This document shows, in pieces, positions 1-14,195 of a DNA stretch of 64,000 nucleotides. Each line of letters opens with the position of its first letter. Position 1 is the first letter of the stretch. The notes under the pieces were generated by a model. That model was not told where the DNA came from. It ran no database searches and saw only the letters and a list, made by a program, of their open reading frames with translations. Position numbers and translations under genes: made by a program. Source of the stretch: Eledone cirrhosa (Eukaryota); contig OZ024754.1 in assembly GCA_964016885.1 (NCBI GenBank), positions 3,782,001 to 3,846,000 of the forward strand, written 5' to 3'.

Positions 1-342
1 TATATGATTTTATAGTTTGATTCACTTTCCGAGCCTAAACATAACCTACAATATATATATATATATATATGTATATGAACACACACACTCACATACACAT
101 GCATAATATATACATGCATAATATATACATGCATAATATATACATATATACCTATTTATGCACGTGTGTATCTAGGGATGTATGTATGTATGTACGTATA
201 TATAAATATATGTATGCTTGATTCTAAATATTAATGTATATAAATTCAATACATATATTTTCAGAACCACGTCAAAAGTTTTCCTGAAAGAGGTTTGAGA
301 ATCTTGTTTATACAGTTTATATATATATATATATATATATAA

Positions 343-605
343 ATCTGGATGGATTCAGTCTGAAACTCAGCAGAGTACTCGATACTTGGGGTAGGGGAAT
401 ATGTTTATATTATAAAGAATCTGGACCCAACGGCTGAGCTCCAGCCGTTACGACAGCTATATCCGAACTAGGGTTCGTATCTAGCTGTCGAAACTGCCGG
501 AGATCAGCCGCCAGTTTCCTGAATCTTTTCGAATTACCCACTCTATTAACCAAGAATCAAGTATCCTGGTGGGTTATGGCCCGCCTGTATTTTTACCACA
601 CCCTA
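343..605. mobile_element. Family B (TA)n-embedded palindromic insert with two inverted hammerhead 3' halves (probable Penelope-like pLTR fragment)
   Basis: Diverged inverted arms centred near 470 (gacagctatatccgaact...gttcgtatctagctgtc). Homologous to 13874, 32797, 39587 and 50608. Left side abuts (TA)n. Confidence 0.7.
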
Positions 606-643
606 TCTGATATAAACATATCTCTCTCTCTCTCTCTCTCTCT

Positions 644-691
<48 letters not shown>

Positions 692-775
692 ATAATAATA
701 AATGTGAAGACTAAAATCCGAAGAGGGCTCGATAAGTGTAATATATATATAAAAATATATAAAACCATAGACCAA

Positions 776-929
776 ATATTTATTAAAATAACAGATTAAA
801 GTTTAAACAAAGAATCTCTGCTTTTACCTTTAACTGGATCTTCTGAAACTAAACTATTTTTTAGTTCCAGAAGATCACGTTAAGGGTGAAAGCAGCGAGT
901 CTTTGCTTAAACTTTAATCTGTTATTTTA

Positions 930-937
<8 letters not shown>
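776..937. mobile_element. Family A head-to-head inverted pair of the Penelope-like 3' terminus
   Basis: 776-853 is the reverse complement of 860-937. Both match the terminus at 35570-35642 and 18631-18705. Followed by (TA)n. Confidence 0.75.
863..913 (+). ncRNA. Hammerhead-like fold, family A (CAGAAGA core)
   Basis: agttc-CAGAAGA-tcacgttaagggt-GAAA-gca...tgc-TT-aaact; slightly degenerate copy of 35574-35624. Confidence 0.4.
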
Positions 938-1016
<79 letters not shown>

Positions 1017-1120
1017 TAAAAGGAAAAGAAAATGCTGACAAATTGTTCGCAGTGAAAAATAGTTTAATCAGGAATAAGTAAAAATTAGTAATAAGTATTG
1101 GTTTGTATTCAGTTTTGGTT

Positions 1121-1150
1121 TTTAAGTTTTTACCGGTTGCGCATTTCTTA
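1121..1150 (-). mobile_element. Family E fragment (3' half of hammerhead-like motif), truncated at a TA tract
   Basis: Reverse complement reads taagaaatgcGCAAccggtaaaaactt, matching 59157-59179. Confidence 0.4.
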
Positions 1151-1460
1151 TATATATATATATTTATATATATAATTCTTATAGTTCTGTGTGAGTGAAC
1201 TTATGCGTTTCTGCCAAGCCATATCTACGTTTATGCACTAACATATGATATATAAGAGCCTGTAGAAGAATTATGCACGACAGGAGTTTATATTCATCTC
1301 CCTGAATACATGGCGTGTATTCTGAAGAGTAGGTGCCTACTCCAGATCCTCACATTGCAGGTATGAATGCAAGTGTTATTATATCGTTTTAGATATTAAA
1401 ACACGCATTTCAAATGATTAGCAATTACGTATGGATACACACACACACACACACACACAC

Positions 1461-1519
<59 letters not shown>

Positions 1520-1640
1520 CATACATACACACACACATATATATATATATGGATATGTGCGTGTAATATTATCATAGATGCTCATGTAGAGTTAAAATCT
1601 TTTATGTATGCATACATATATATATATATGCATATAATAT

Positions 1641-1735
<95 letters not shown>

Positions 1736-2214
1736 TATACAATAAATGGCTGTTTCTTGTGTAAGTTAATTGAATTTACCGTGTAGATCATGACAATTTA
1801 AATTTAACATCAACAAATCATGAAATTGCAGCGGCATATAAGAGGGTAAAATTAAACATCATGAAGTTTTAATTTTATCCTAGATCTCGTGTCAGCAATT
1901 TCCTGACTGCCATGTTTATGATTGCTAGAGGGCTTTAATTGTTCAGAGCAATAGATGTTGTGATGTTGTATCATTATTTATGGTCACGTATGATAATAAA
2001 TTAGCCTAAAAAAAAAAAGGAAATATGCAAATATATATGTATTACATGTACGTATATATGTATACATACGTATGTATGTATATATGTATACGTATGTATG
2101 TATGTATGTATGTATGTATTATATGTATGTAGATATGAACGTATTTATAGAAGAATGTACATAAGTATGCATGTATATATGCAGGAATGTAATTTCTTAT
2201 ACAGTGTTACACAA

Positions 2215-2285
<71 letters not shown>

Positions 2286-3693
2286 TAAAGTTAGTCCTTC
2301 ATCAGTGATCTTCCAGCCATCATTGGTATTTCATATATATATATATATATGTGTGTGTGTGCATGTGTGTGTGCGTGTGTGTGTGTGAGCCCTCACAAAT
2401 ACACACACACAAATGTATACAAACAAATATATATATATATATATGCACATGTGTAAGAATATATGTATTAGTGAACATATTCATTTTCGCGTTTCTTCAG
2501 TCATTAGGTATGCATGTGTCCGTATTTTCAATCTAATGTCACCGCTGTATTCATTAACCTGCTCTATATAGCCACGAAATCACACCTCCCATATTTCAAT
2601 ATGTTACCTGTCCTTTTTACCTTTAATTGATTTTTTACCAACTCCAATTTATATTACACCCTAATGAATTTATACCGATGCCTATTACACATATCTACAC
2701 TCCCACTTTAGCTTGTGTTTGTCATGCCGGGACACCTTAAAGTTTTAATTCATATTTTATCCGCATTTGTTGTGGATATACTTTGAGGCATATTTCAAAA
2801 GCAGCAATGTTGCGTAGCGTTTAATTAGCTATTTTGCATATCCACATCGTATTAATATTTTCTTTAATAATTCTTTGATGTTCACTTTCAATACTTTAGG
2901 TTATCTCCCCTCTTTTAACACATATTATAACTATTCTATTTTACATATTACTCTTCATTATATCAATTCCTTTGCTAAGATATTCAGCAAGCAGAATGCC
3001 ACCAACACAGTGCTTCCTCTACTAAATATTTATCACGCCACTGACTTTCCATATTTTCCGTCCAAATTATATTCCTGTTCTTTACTTTTTGCTACTCCTT
3101 TTCCTCTTCCTCCCCATCCTTTGCTCTTTCTTCTTCTCTTTCTCCTCCTCCACCCACAGCATCTCTACCACCACCTCCTTCTCCTCCTCCTGGTCTTCAT
3201 CATCAACCCCCTCAGTCACCCCCTTCCCTTCTCCATATTACTGTCGTCAAGATCATCTTTTGATCCGTTAAAAGCTTCAGGTTAGATATCATACTAAATC
3301 TGCATCCACCTTACAAGCCGTACAGTAGAATATTGTACTGTGTGCAGTAAGAGATGGACTACACAGAGCAATAGTCACATCGACTCACGAGCCCCACTCT
3401 TATTAAAAGCATGTACAAAGCTATAAGTTCCATACAGCAATAACTTCAAAACCTGATTGTTCAACTTCTTAAGAGATATTTTTCTGAATCTTAATACCAA
3501 ACAAAGAGACGTTAAGCGGGTTATTCACTCATAGAAAGAAGCTGTATAATAATAAGCTGTAATAGCTATATTTATCTTTTGGTCGCTCACTCAGATTAAT
3601 TTTATTGAGGTTACTGCATTATACGTATTTTTTTTATTTTTCTTATTTTACAAGAAAACAATATTCTTCTTGTCATTTCAACAATTATTATTA

Positions 3694-4516
3694 TTACGGG
3701 GTCGATAAAATAAAGTACCAGTAATGCACTGGGATAATTTCTGGCCTTGTGCCAAAAGTAGAAGCAATTATTATTGAGGGTGGTGAATTGGCAGTATCGG
3801 TAGAGGGTCAGACATGCTTTCCAGCATAGAGTTACGTCCTATTACAATCTGAGTTCAAAACCTGCCGAGGTTAACTTTGCCTTTCATCCTTACGGGGTCG
3901 ATAAAATAAAGTACCAGTAATACACTGAGTAATTTGCTGGCCTTGTGCCAAATGTAGAAGCAATTATTATTGAGAGTGGTAGTTCGGCAATATTTTTACA
4001 AATATTTGTTGAATTTAATAAAAAGAAACATTATTCATAATTTTGTGATTGTCAATGTTGAAGAAATCATCCTCATCATCATCATCATTATTATTATTAT
4101 TATTATTGCGGTGGACTGGCAGTATCGGTAGAAGGTCTGACGCCATGCTTGGCAGTAAAGAGTTACTGCCCTTTATGGTCTGCGTTCAAATCCCGCCAAG
4201 GTTAACTTTGCCTTTCATCCTTACGGGGTCGATAAAATAAAGCACCAGTAACGTACTGGGGTCGATTTAATCAAATTACTGGTCTTGTGGCTATACTAGA
4301 AATCATTATTATTATTAAGGGCGGCGGATTGGCAGTATCGGTAGAGAGTCGAACGCCATGCTTTCCAGCATAGTAAACGTCCCTTTACGGTCTGAGTTCA
4401 AATCCCGTCGAGGTTAACTTTGCCTTTCATCCTTACGGGGTCGATAAAATAAAGTACCAGTAATGTACTGGGTATTTTCTGGCCTTGTGCCTAAAGTAGA
4501 AACAATTATTATTATT
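3694..4516 (+). mobile_element. Tandem cluster of tRNA-derived SINE with Nin-type central domain (3694-3775 partial, 3776-3971, 4108-4316, 4319-4516)
   Basis: Pol III A box TGGCAGTATCGG, B box GAGTTCAAATCC, central gcctttcatccttacggggtcgataaaataaagtaccag, tail ccttgtgccaaaagtagaa(att)n. Confidence 0.9.
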
Positions 4517-4704
4517 AGCGACCTACGTAGGAAATTGTATTATCGTGAACTCCACAAAGGTTGGTTGTTTCCAATTGTTTGAAATTGTCAGTTATGCAAA
4601 ATTGTTTGTTGTTAAGTGTTTATAAGTTCATATATATTGCTTTCTGAAAAGGACACTCAATAATATTTGGGCCGGTGGGCCAAAATTTAAACTTTATTAT
4701 TATT

Positions 4705-4885
4705 TTGGCAGTATCGGTAGAGGGTCGGACGCCATGCTTTCCAGCACAGTTACGTCCCTTTACGGACTGAGTTCAAATCCCGCCGAGGTTAACTTTGCCT
4801 TTCATCCTTACGGGGGTCGATACAATAAAGTACCAGTAATATACTGGAATAATTGCTGGCCTTGTGCCAAAAATAACAACAATTA
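4705..4885 (+). mobile_element. tRNA-derived SINE copy
   Basis: Same A/B boxes and central domain; followed by an (ATT)n/(CAT)n tail. Confidence 0.9.
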
Positions 4886-5593
4886 TTATTATTATTATTA
4901 TTATTATTATCATCATCATTATTATCAATATGATCAACATCATCATGGTCGTCATTAATATCATTGATTTTGTCATGGTTATGATTAATATAATCTATTT
5001 TCATGTTATTACAATATAGATTTCACTTATTAATTATTATAAAACATGTTTGTAGATGTTAACGTCTTAACCGTAAAAACTATCCTCTATCTTATATCTA
5101 AACAGGTAAGAATTTATTTTGAAAAAATAATCACAAATAATTAGCTCCGCTAATTACTTATAATACCTACGTTCATCATATATCAGTACAAATATTTATG
5201 CTTATATATAAATAAATAAATAAGTAAGTATTTATAATTGTATATGTGTTTGTGTATGTAGGAGTATGTGTATGCGTGTGCGGCGTAGGCTTGTGTATAT
5301 AAACATATCTCTGAACGTATATATGTAGGTATTCGTTCATATATGTAGATATAAATTTCTGTAAGTAATCATGGACGTATGTGTGAATGTGTAATAGCGT
5401 GTGGAATATCCTCCACGTAGCTTGGATGTGAGTTTTGTCTTTTTATCTCTAAAATTAATGGAATTGAAGAATGGTGTAGCTCTAAATAAGCATCTAATAA
5501 TTCGTTATTTTCAATAGTAGCCTGTAGTTTATCACGAACTAATTTAAAATGTTACCGAAAAAATACATATATACATATATACAACCGCCACAA

Positions 5594-5703
<110 letters not shown>

Positions 5704-5722
5704 ATAAGAAACAGAGAATAAG

Positions 5723-5765
<43 letters not shown>

Positions 5766-5879
5766 ACACATATATATATATATACATATATATATATGTA
5801 CACATATATATATATACATATATATATACAAACAGAGAGATTGAGAGAAAGACGTGTGCACAAGCATATATGTATACAG

Positions 5880-5916
<37 letters not shown>

Positions 5917-5933
5917 CATATATATGTGTGTGT

Positions 5934-5982
<49 letters not shown>

Positions 5983-6175
5983 TGTATGTATTTATATGTA
6001 ATTAAATAACATTTGTATTGAAACATAGTTTCTAAAGTATAATTATTATAATGTTTTAAAGGCATGATCTAGAAAAAATATTTCTTTTTCTCTACCTAAT
6101 CATCAAGATTATGTTATAGGTCATAATTAGCATACATGCATAAACATATACATACATATACACACACTTACACAC

Positions 6176-6219
<44 letters not shown>

Positions 6220-6245
6220 GTGTGTGTGTAAACATATATATATGT

Positions 6246-6278
<33 letters not shown>

Positions 6279-6322
6279 AATGTGTGTGTGTGTATACATA
6301 GATATATGTACACACACACACA

Positions 6323-6357
<35 letters not shown>

Positions 6358-6453
6358 CGAAAAGGGTGTTTAACTCCAACACGCTCCAGTATTTTAATCC
6401 TTATATAAATATATATATATATATTAACATATATATGTATGTGTGTATATACT

Positions 6454-6497
<44 letters not shown>

Positions 6498-7170
6498 GAT
6501 TCAAACATATATATATATGTGTGGTGTGTGAGTATGTCTGCATATATGCACACAATTTATCAGCACCAAGGCGCATGCATTAGATATATCATGGAAGCAT
6601 GCACATGTCATTATATAATCACGCCTGATGAGCAACACGCTGTTAGAACCATTAAATTTCTCATTTATCTAATCTTTTGTTCCTTACATTCTCTATTTGC
6701 TTTTACTATCAACCCAATAGGCTCATGCACTGCCCACGTTGCCCCATCTAATATGTTCCCTTCAAAAATTCAGAAACATTTTCACGCCTAACTTAATCGG
6801 CGATTCTGTAAAAGGCACAATTAAAATTCCACCCCGAAAGATATGTGACTATGTATGTAAGTATGAGTGCATGTTTGTATGTATGTATGTATGTATGTAT
6901 GTATGTATGTATGTATGTATGTATGTATGAGGGAGCTTATAGATAGGACAACACACGCTGTCTTTTCGTGGGGTAAGTTTTTAATTAATTTTTGTATTCT
7001 GAAACATCAAAATACAACAATTTGTTGGTCACTGGACTCGGGAATGTCACGACAGAAGTTTGTGGAAGTTACACAAATATTTTAGTATATTTTAGCAGAG
7101 CAATCCTTATTTATATTTTACATTTTACATTTACTTACATCTCAATATAACATGGCTAAAATTCAAATTT

Positions 7171-7204
7171 TTGGCCATACTCGATAACGATGGGGCAGCC
7201 ATCA
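7171..7204 (+). mobile_element. RTE-type LINE extreme 3' end followed by (ATGT)n
   Basis: tggccatactcgataacgatggggcagccatc, similar to 8034-8070 and 7418-7450. Confidence 0.6.
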
Positions 7205-7284
7205 TGTATGTATGTATGTATGTATGTATGTATGTATGTATGTATGTATGTATGTATGTATGTATGTATGTATGTATGTATGTA

Positions 7285-7450
7285 TGGGCCCAGCACTATG
7301 TGTCAATAATTGTCACAAGTGTAGTGTTTGTACCAGAGTTTTCAAGTCGCTGGCTGGACTAAAAAGACACACTCGTTCAGCGCATCGGTAGGGGTTCTCC
7401 TACATGGATATAAAGTAGTGGCCGTACTCGAAAACGCGTTGGCAGCCACC
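7285..7450 (+). mobile_element. RTE-clade LINE 3' fragment (C-terminal zinc-finger-like motif plus 3' UTR)
   Basis: Encodes CHKCSVCTRVFKSLAGLKRHTR; near-identical to the reverse complement of 39769-39932; lies within (ATGT)n. Confidence 0.7.
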
Positions 7451-7564
7451 ATGTATGTATGTATGTACGTATGTAAGTAAGTATGTTTGCATGTTTGTAT
7501 GTATGTATGTAAGTAATTAAGTATGTATGTATATATGTATGTATATTAAGTATGTATGTATATA

Positions 7565-8070
7565 CGGGCGGAAGAACTCATAAGAGTCAACGGCCATTCA
7601 AAAGTGTGTAAAAAAAAATATATATATATATATACACATGTATACATATATATATATATATATATATACACATGTATATGTATATGTGTATATACATGGG
7701 TGAATGTGTATGTATATGCGCGGAGACATAGAAATAGTCCGGCTGGACACCCGATCGCGTGGTTAAACCACTGGGAGTGAAGGACCCCGACCCTTTGTCA
7801 GGGCATTCTTCTAGAAGGCAACTCAGGAAACTGGTATAACTCCGATGTTAAACCTGCGGCTCAGTACTTATCGATGATGTTGACCTTTTCTTTTTTTTCG
7901 GGTTATAGCTACTGTCACTCAGAGAGTGGGATTGGCTCAGTGCACAGTCTTTCCTCACTTTAAAAAATATCTTCACGCACAGTCATTGCACGATAGAATT
8001 AATTAATATTTATAAATAATGGTATATCGTACAATGGCCATACTCGATAATGAGGGGACAGCCATCATCA
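7565..8070 (+). mobile_element. Bipartite RTE-derived non-autonomous element (5' part plus 3' tail), split by a microsatellite
   Basis: 7565-7600 and 7760-7990 align with the reverse complement of 39975-40220; RTE-like tail at 8034-8070, then (ATGT)n. Confidence 0.55.
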
Positions 8071-8285
8071 TGTATGTATGTATGTATGTATATGTGTGTG
8101 CATGTATGTATGTGTGAATGTATGTATGTGAGTATGTATACAATTTTGTATGTGTTTATACGCATTTCTGTATACATGGATGGCTGGATGTGGATATATA
8201 AGTATGCGTGTTGGTATGTATATATCCATATATATATATAGATAGATGTGTGTATATGAATATATATATATATACAGAGAGAGAT

Positions 8286-8354
<69 letters not shown>

Positions 8355-8356
8355 GG

Positions 8357-8444
<88 letters not shown>

Positions 8445-8460
8445 TGTATATATATATATA

Positions 8461-8645
8461 CGATATTAACAAATAGAAACTATATTTATAAAACCATATT
8501 TATTTCATTATGCATATTTCAAGGACCCCAAGTTAAATTATGGTGTGCTTTCATCAGATAAAATATAATATAGATCAGTTTTATGAATAAATATTGACAT
8601 ACCCTTAAAGAATGCAACCATTACTGTTGGAAGCTCCCGGATAGT
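8461..8645 (-). mobile_element. Family D (TA)n-embedded hammerhead-bearing insert
   Basis: Homologous to 62810-62952; flanked by (TA)n. Confidence 0.65.
8503..8563 (-). ncRNA. Type I hammerhead ribozyme, family D (canonical core)
   Basis: Minus strand: ttttat-CTGATGA-aagcacacca...tggggtcctt-GAAA-tatgca-TA-atgaaa. Stem I TTTTAT/ATGAAA, stem II closed by AAG/CTT. Confidence 0.6.
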
Positions 8646-8849
8646 ATATATATATATATATATATATATATTCATACATGGGTTTCTGTGTGTGTGTAGG
8701 AGTGTATGTGTGTACATACACGTAGTGTTGCTTTTAGATTGTCGAATAGAATTTGTTGCCATGTATAATATGCCCTGCTTAATATGTTGGAGTCCCAGTG
8801 TAATTTCGCCTATGTTCATGTCGGTGCTGTTTCATTATAAAACTCTCTC

Positions 8850-9090
8850 ACTGTTGATGGCGACTGCGTGAAGGTTGGGACATCATCGGAGTGTTTCCTT
8901 CGTCGTATTTCTGTGTAAACACTCGAAACCATAGGGGAACGCATCCCTGAGGTTTGATACGAAGATATGCTCGATTGCAAGTGACGTCCCATGTAGTTTC
9001 ATGCATACTATGAGCGCACATTCTTCTCGTCCCCAACGGTATTGAAAAACCGTGTATGATCCAGAAACGTATATTAAAGTACGCCATTGC
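8850..9090 (-). pseudogene. Possible highly decayed mariner transposase N-terminal (HTH) fragment
   Basis: Pieces AYFNIR...AHSMHE...SYQT...WFRVF...EG..QPSRSR echo mariner YIK.R..A..IH..PSY.TV..W..F..G...D.PRSGRP; needs frameshifts. Confidence 0.3.
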
Positions 9091-9670
9091 TTTGGGGAAG
9101 GCGTAAGGCCTGGTAGCCTGGAGCTTTACCAAACTGAGGAAAAGAAGGATAGCAGAATATTCTCCTTTACATAAGTTTGTGAACATTTTAAAGTTGTAAG
9201 CCAGGTAAACTAGAAGGATTAATAATTATGGTCGACATATAATGCATTCTGATATGCATTATACCGTTGTTAAGAGAAAATAAAATCTTATAATTTAATG
9301 TTCGTTTGGTAGTATGTTTAATGTTATCTCATAAACATCTTTCATGTGGAGCTTCTAAGTTATATTCAACGAGAAGATCATAAAAAACGAGTTAGTTTCC
9401 GGATGGTGTCACATGCAAATTCATTTAGGATTTGATCTCGAATCGTTGAGTCGCAGCTAAAACACCTCAATGTATGTTAGTCAGTTACTCTAGCAAAACT
9501 GTCATTTCTATAATATAGTAACAATAAATAGCAACAAATAACAACATCGACATAACAACAAAATCTCCCTATCTTTCTTTTATGTAAACCATAAGGATAT
9601 ACGTTGAAGGAGAGAGATTTAATACCGAATATAGATAGATAGATAGATATATATATATATATATATATAT

Positions 9671-9711
<41 letters not shown>

Positions 9712-9966
9712 AAGATAGATAGATGTGTGTGTGTGTGTGTGCTGATGCGTGTATGTGCGTATAATGAGTATGAAAAGTTTGTAATGTGAAAACAATGGCA
9801 GGAGAACATAGAAAATACATATGTAACACTAATAAAGATGTTATTACTGTAGTAACTTTACATGTTGGCTTTGACTAAAGTGACATCGTCAGGAAGGGGA
9901 GTGGGAAGCATTAGAAAATATATATATGCATATATTTATATATATATATATATATATATATAAACA

Positions 9967-10022
<56 letters not shown>

Positions 10023-10069
10023 CATATATATGAATGTACATACGTATATGTATTCATATCTTTATATGC

Positions 10070-10101
<32 letters not shown>

Positions 10102-10250
10102 ATATGTGTGTGTATGTATATATGTATATATGTGTGTATGTATATATGTGTATATATATATATATATATACATAGATATACATACATATATGTATATATA
10201 TATATATATATGTATATATATTTATATATATATTTATACATAAATATACA

Positions 10251-10325
<75 letters not shown>

Positions 10326-10733
10326 ACATATATATTGGAGTTGGAGTGTTCTTGTCACTTGAAACTGTCAGTCTGTTTCATTTGGCGGCTCAAAGTTGAC
10401 AACGTTTCATTCATCTTAAGACGATTTACTTTCATTGAAAAGACTTACTTAAAGCTACATTAATTCTTCAAGTACACACACACACACACATACACACACA
10501 CACAAACACACACAAACACACACACACATCCACTCACACAGACGAACACATACACACACGAAAACACGCACGCTAACAAGTGCATGCGCTTATAAACATA
10601 TGTGCATGTTTACACACACACACACAACAGACACACACACACACAAACACAAACACACAACCACAAACACACACACACACACATACAAACACACACCCTC
10701 ACACACACACACACACATACAAACACACACCCT

Positions 10734-10784
<51 letters not shown>

Positions 10785-10832
10785 TTATATATTGTTTATA
10801 TGAATAAATATATGAATACTTAGGTACTTGTT

Positions 10833-10884
<52 letters not shown>

Positions 10885-11699
10885 CCCCTATTTGTCGGTG
10901 TGTGTTTATATGTGTATGTAGTTCTACAAATTATGAAGACAAATCCATATTCTAAACAACGAAAGCATTTCCTCTTCACCGGTACTCATATCCAAAACTG
11001 TATATATGAGGGTGTCTTCCGGATACATAATCTCAACTGCTTGACGAAGGAAAACATAAAATGTTATTCGGTGTAGATGTAGGTATAGCTGGAGTTTTCG
11101 TTATATTTACTGCTGTTGTTTATGTAAGCAATATGTAGCTGTGATAGTATTATTGTCGTTGTTGTCCTTATGGATTTTGTTATGGTTCATGATATAATAG
11201 ATTCTGGCTTGGTGTGTACTGAATACAATGCATGAATGTGTTGTTTGTGCTTTGTGATTCGTTGAGTTAACTAGTACACATCGAGAATATGAACATTTTA
11301 GCACGACTAGCAGCTACAACAACACCAGCAACAAAACAAGATTTACTGGCATGTGGAACTACTGGCATGGTTTATCAATCATAGTCTCTAAAATCTGAAA
11401 TTATTTCATCATTAACAGCAATATTTAAAAAGATAAACACGAGCAACATCAAAAATATAAACTCAGAATCCCGAAACATGAATACTAATACGATATATAT
11501 GAGTACTGCTACAATACATAAATTGTAATACAAACTACATAAATGCTCGTACGATATAAAATTAATTCAGAATTCCCCCCCCCCCCCCCCAAAAAAAAAA
11601 TACAGATATACGAGAAACTAAAGCAGAGATACCACTAAGAAATCTAGAAATCACAGAAATGGGGCAGCAATCAGAGAAGAAAGCAAGTATCTGGGGTCT

Positions 11700-12021
11700 A
11701 GCACATCTGCTATAAAAAGCGGAATCGGCCAATTCTATCATAGAATAAGGGGGGGGGGGTTACTGAGGCTACAGAGGACCGAAGGGCTGCCTCGGGGTGG
11801 GCGAGAAGGTGAAAAGCACGACGACAAAGAAGGAGATCTGGGATGGAAGGACTAGGAAGAGATGGGGGAGGGGGGTGAGAAGGAAACAGAGGAAACGATA
11901 AAAAATATATAAGAAAATCCATACAAAAAAGTTACGTCTACCTTTGTAAGCAGGGGTTACCCATTACAAAGTCACCAAGTGGGGTTTTTCAGCCCTTGTC
12001 TACCCCCCCCCCCGGGTCATT
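11700..12021 (+). promoter_or_regulatory. GC/CpG-enriched segment, candidate promoter and 5' UTR
   Basis: Locally GC-rich non-repeat DNA with TATAAAA at 11711, a purine-rich leader, and a downstream consensus splice donor. Confidence 0.3.
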
Positions 12022-12039
12022 ATGGGGTTTGAGGGCGAG
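12022..12039 (+). CDS. Candidate first coding exon (MGFEGE), gene unknown
   Basis: ATG GGG TTT GAG GGC GAG followed by the perfect donor AG|GTAAGT at 12040. No downstream exon identified. Confidence 0.25.
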
Positions 12040-13041
12040 GTAAGTCCTACGCAATCTTGTTTGCATGCAGTTACCAGTTCGTCTTTCTTGTTTAGGAGTT
12101 GGTCCGTCGAAAACAGCATTTGTAATGTTTCCTCCGAGCATAAGTTACACGGACGGCGTCTTCCCGTGTGCGTGTGAGTGTGTGTGTCTGTGTGTGTGTT
12201 TGTGTGTGTATGTGTGTGTGTTGTGATTGAAAAGAGAAAATGATGGGTTAATATATAAATTGAAATTTATTGGTGTGACAATAAATTCATTAGAGATGGG
12301 TTTCTAGATGTTTGAGGAAAAGTCCTTCGTGGAGAAAATATGCTGAAAACAAGGGAAAGAATGGAAGCTCGGTAATTTCTGCTTCAGATTTAAAATACAG
12401 CCGATGAAAGAAGCTTGGTATGATACCGGTGTGAAAATGATAAGTAAAACATATTAGATATTTGAAGATATTCCTGAATAAAATCAAACTGATTCGCAAC
12501 AAAGGAGTGGAATTGAGAATCGAAATATAGTTTCGATTGTTATTAAACATCATTTATAATGTATTCCAGATAACATAGATATAACAATGAAATATATTCC
12601 TTATATAGAAAATACAGGAATATGTCCATATATTAAGTGAGAACAATTACCATGGTTTTATTGTAGGATATATTTGCATATGTTAGGTATATTTTCCGGA
12701 TTATGATATTAAGAAATTCTTATTCTCGAAGGTATGATGAATATAACATTCAGTGCTACTGTTACAGATATGGAAATAGTTTTGCTTTGATATGTAACAA
12801 TAATTGAAATCATCATTTAGGTGCTGCCGTGTTGAATATCATATTTTAATGTCTTATGAGACTTATATTGATGATTTATCTTTTCTATTTTATTATTTCA
12901 TAATCGTTATTTATTTCCTGTATTTTTGTAAAATAAATATTATCATATTTTAATTTAAATATCAGTTAATAAGCCTTATCTCTTCTCATAGAGGCTTATC
13001 TCTAAAAGTTATGGGTATACGTTTCGTTATTTATGAGTGTC

Positions 13042-13073
<32 letters not shown>

Positions 13074-13384
13074 GTGGGCGTTTGCATGCACATACGCGTT
13101 TCTATTTCTTTTTTTTTCAGCTTATTAATTTATCTGTATATATTTATTCATATATTTATTAATATATATATATGGTTTTTTTTTTATAATTTCGAAATTC
13201 CCCGTGAATAGCACAATACAATTCTGAATTATTTCAGAAAATATTCTTTCATCACGTAAACACACACATATACTTATATGTATATAAATATATATACATA
13301 TATATATATACATATGTATATATGTACATATTAATATGTATATATATAAATATAATATACACACATATATATATACATGTATTG

Positions 13385-13415
<31 letters not shown>

Positions 13416-13829
13416 CGAGAGAGAGAGAAGGGGTTAGATAGAGAGATGACAGGAAAGAGTAAGAGAAAGAAACAAATGAATTTTATTGATGATAATATCC
13501 AGTTTGAATCAACGTATAGCTTTATAGCCGTAGACGCCTCACGCCAAAATACCTCAGGGTTCACCAAAGAATACGGCATATAATATATTCATTTTCTCAT
13601 TCACCCTATTGAATATTAACGAATAAGCTATTGAACATGGAAATATTTCCAATGATAACAGCGTAAATGTTTGTTCAAAAAGTTTCATGCTATTATTATA
13701 TTTTAAGTATTGTTTTGTAGGCTCACAAGTATTTCTTCTTTATCAGTTAGTTCAACGCCTTCCCTGTTTTGTTTCCATTAACCATTGGAAAATTGACAAA
13801 ATAACTCTTCTTTCGCATTGTCTAACTCT

Positions 13830-13872
<43 letters not shown>

Positions 13873-13873
13873 T

Positions 13874-14064
13874 TCACGAAGGAAATGTGGTAAGGAACCA
13901 AGTGGACCATAACATACCAAAGTACTCAATACTTAGGGTAGTAGAGTGGGTAATAGGAACCAGTAAGATCCCGACGGCTGAGCTCAAGCCGTTTCGACGG
14001 CTAATTCCAGAATTAGCCGTCGAAACGGCTTGAGCTCAGCCGTCGGGGTCTTACTGGTTCCTAT
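13874..14064. mobile_element. Family B insert with near-perfect fold-back (13953-14064)
   Basis: About 55-bp arms with one mismatch and a 2-4 nt loop; each arm carries GAAACGGCT-tgagctc-AGCCGTC; (TA)n on both sides. Confidence 0.8.
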
Positions 14065-14069
14065 ATATA

Positions 14070-14195
<126 letters not shown>

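Noticed and set aside
3776-3870. SINE heads as tRNA genes
   Set aside because: A/B boxes continue into a SINE body and tail; no acceptor stem.
3694-4516. Regularly recurring repeats resembling a CRISPR array
   Set aside because: Units are ~190-bp SINEs without unique spacers, in a eukaryotic context with no cas genes.
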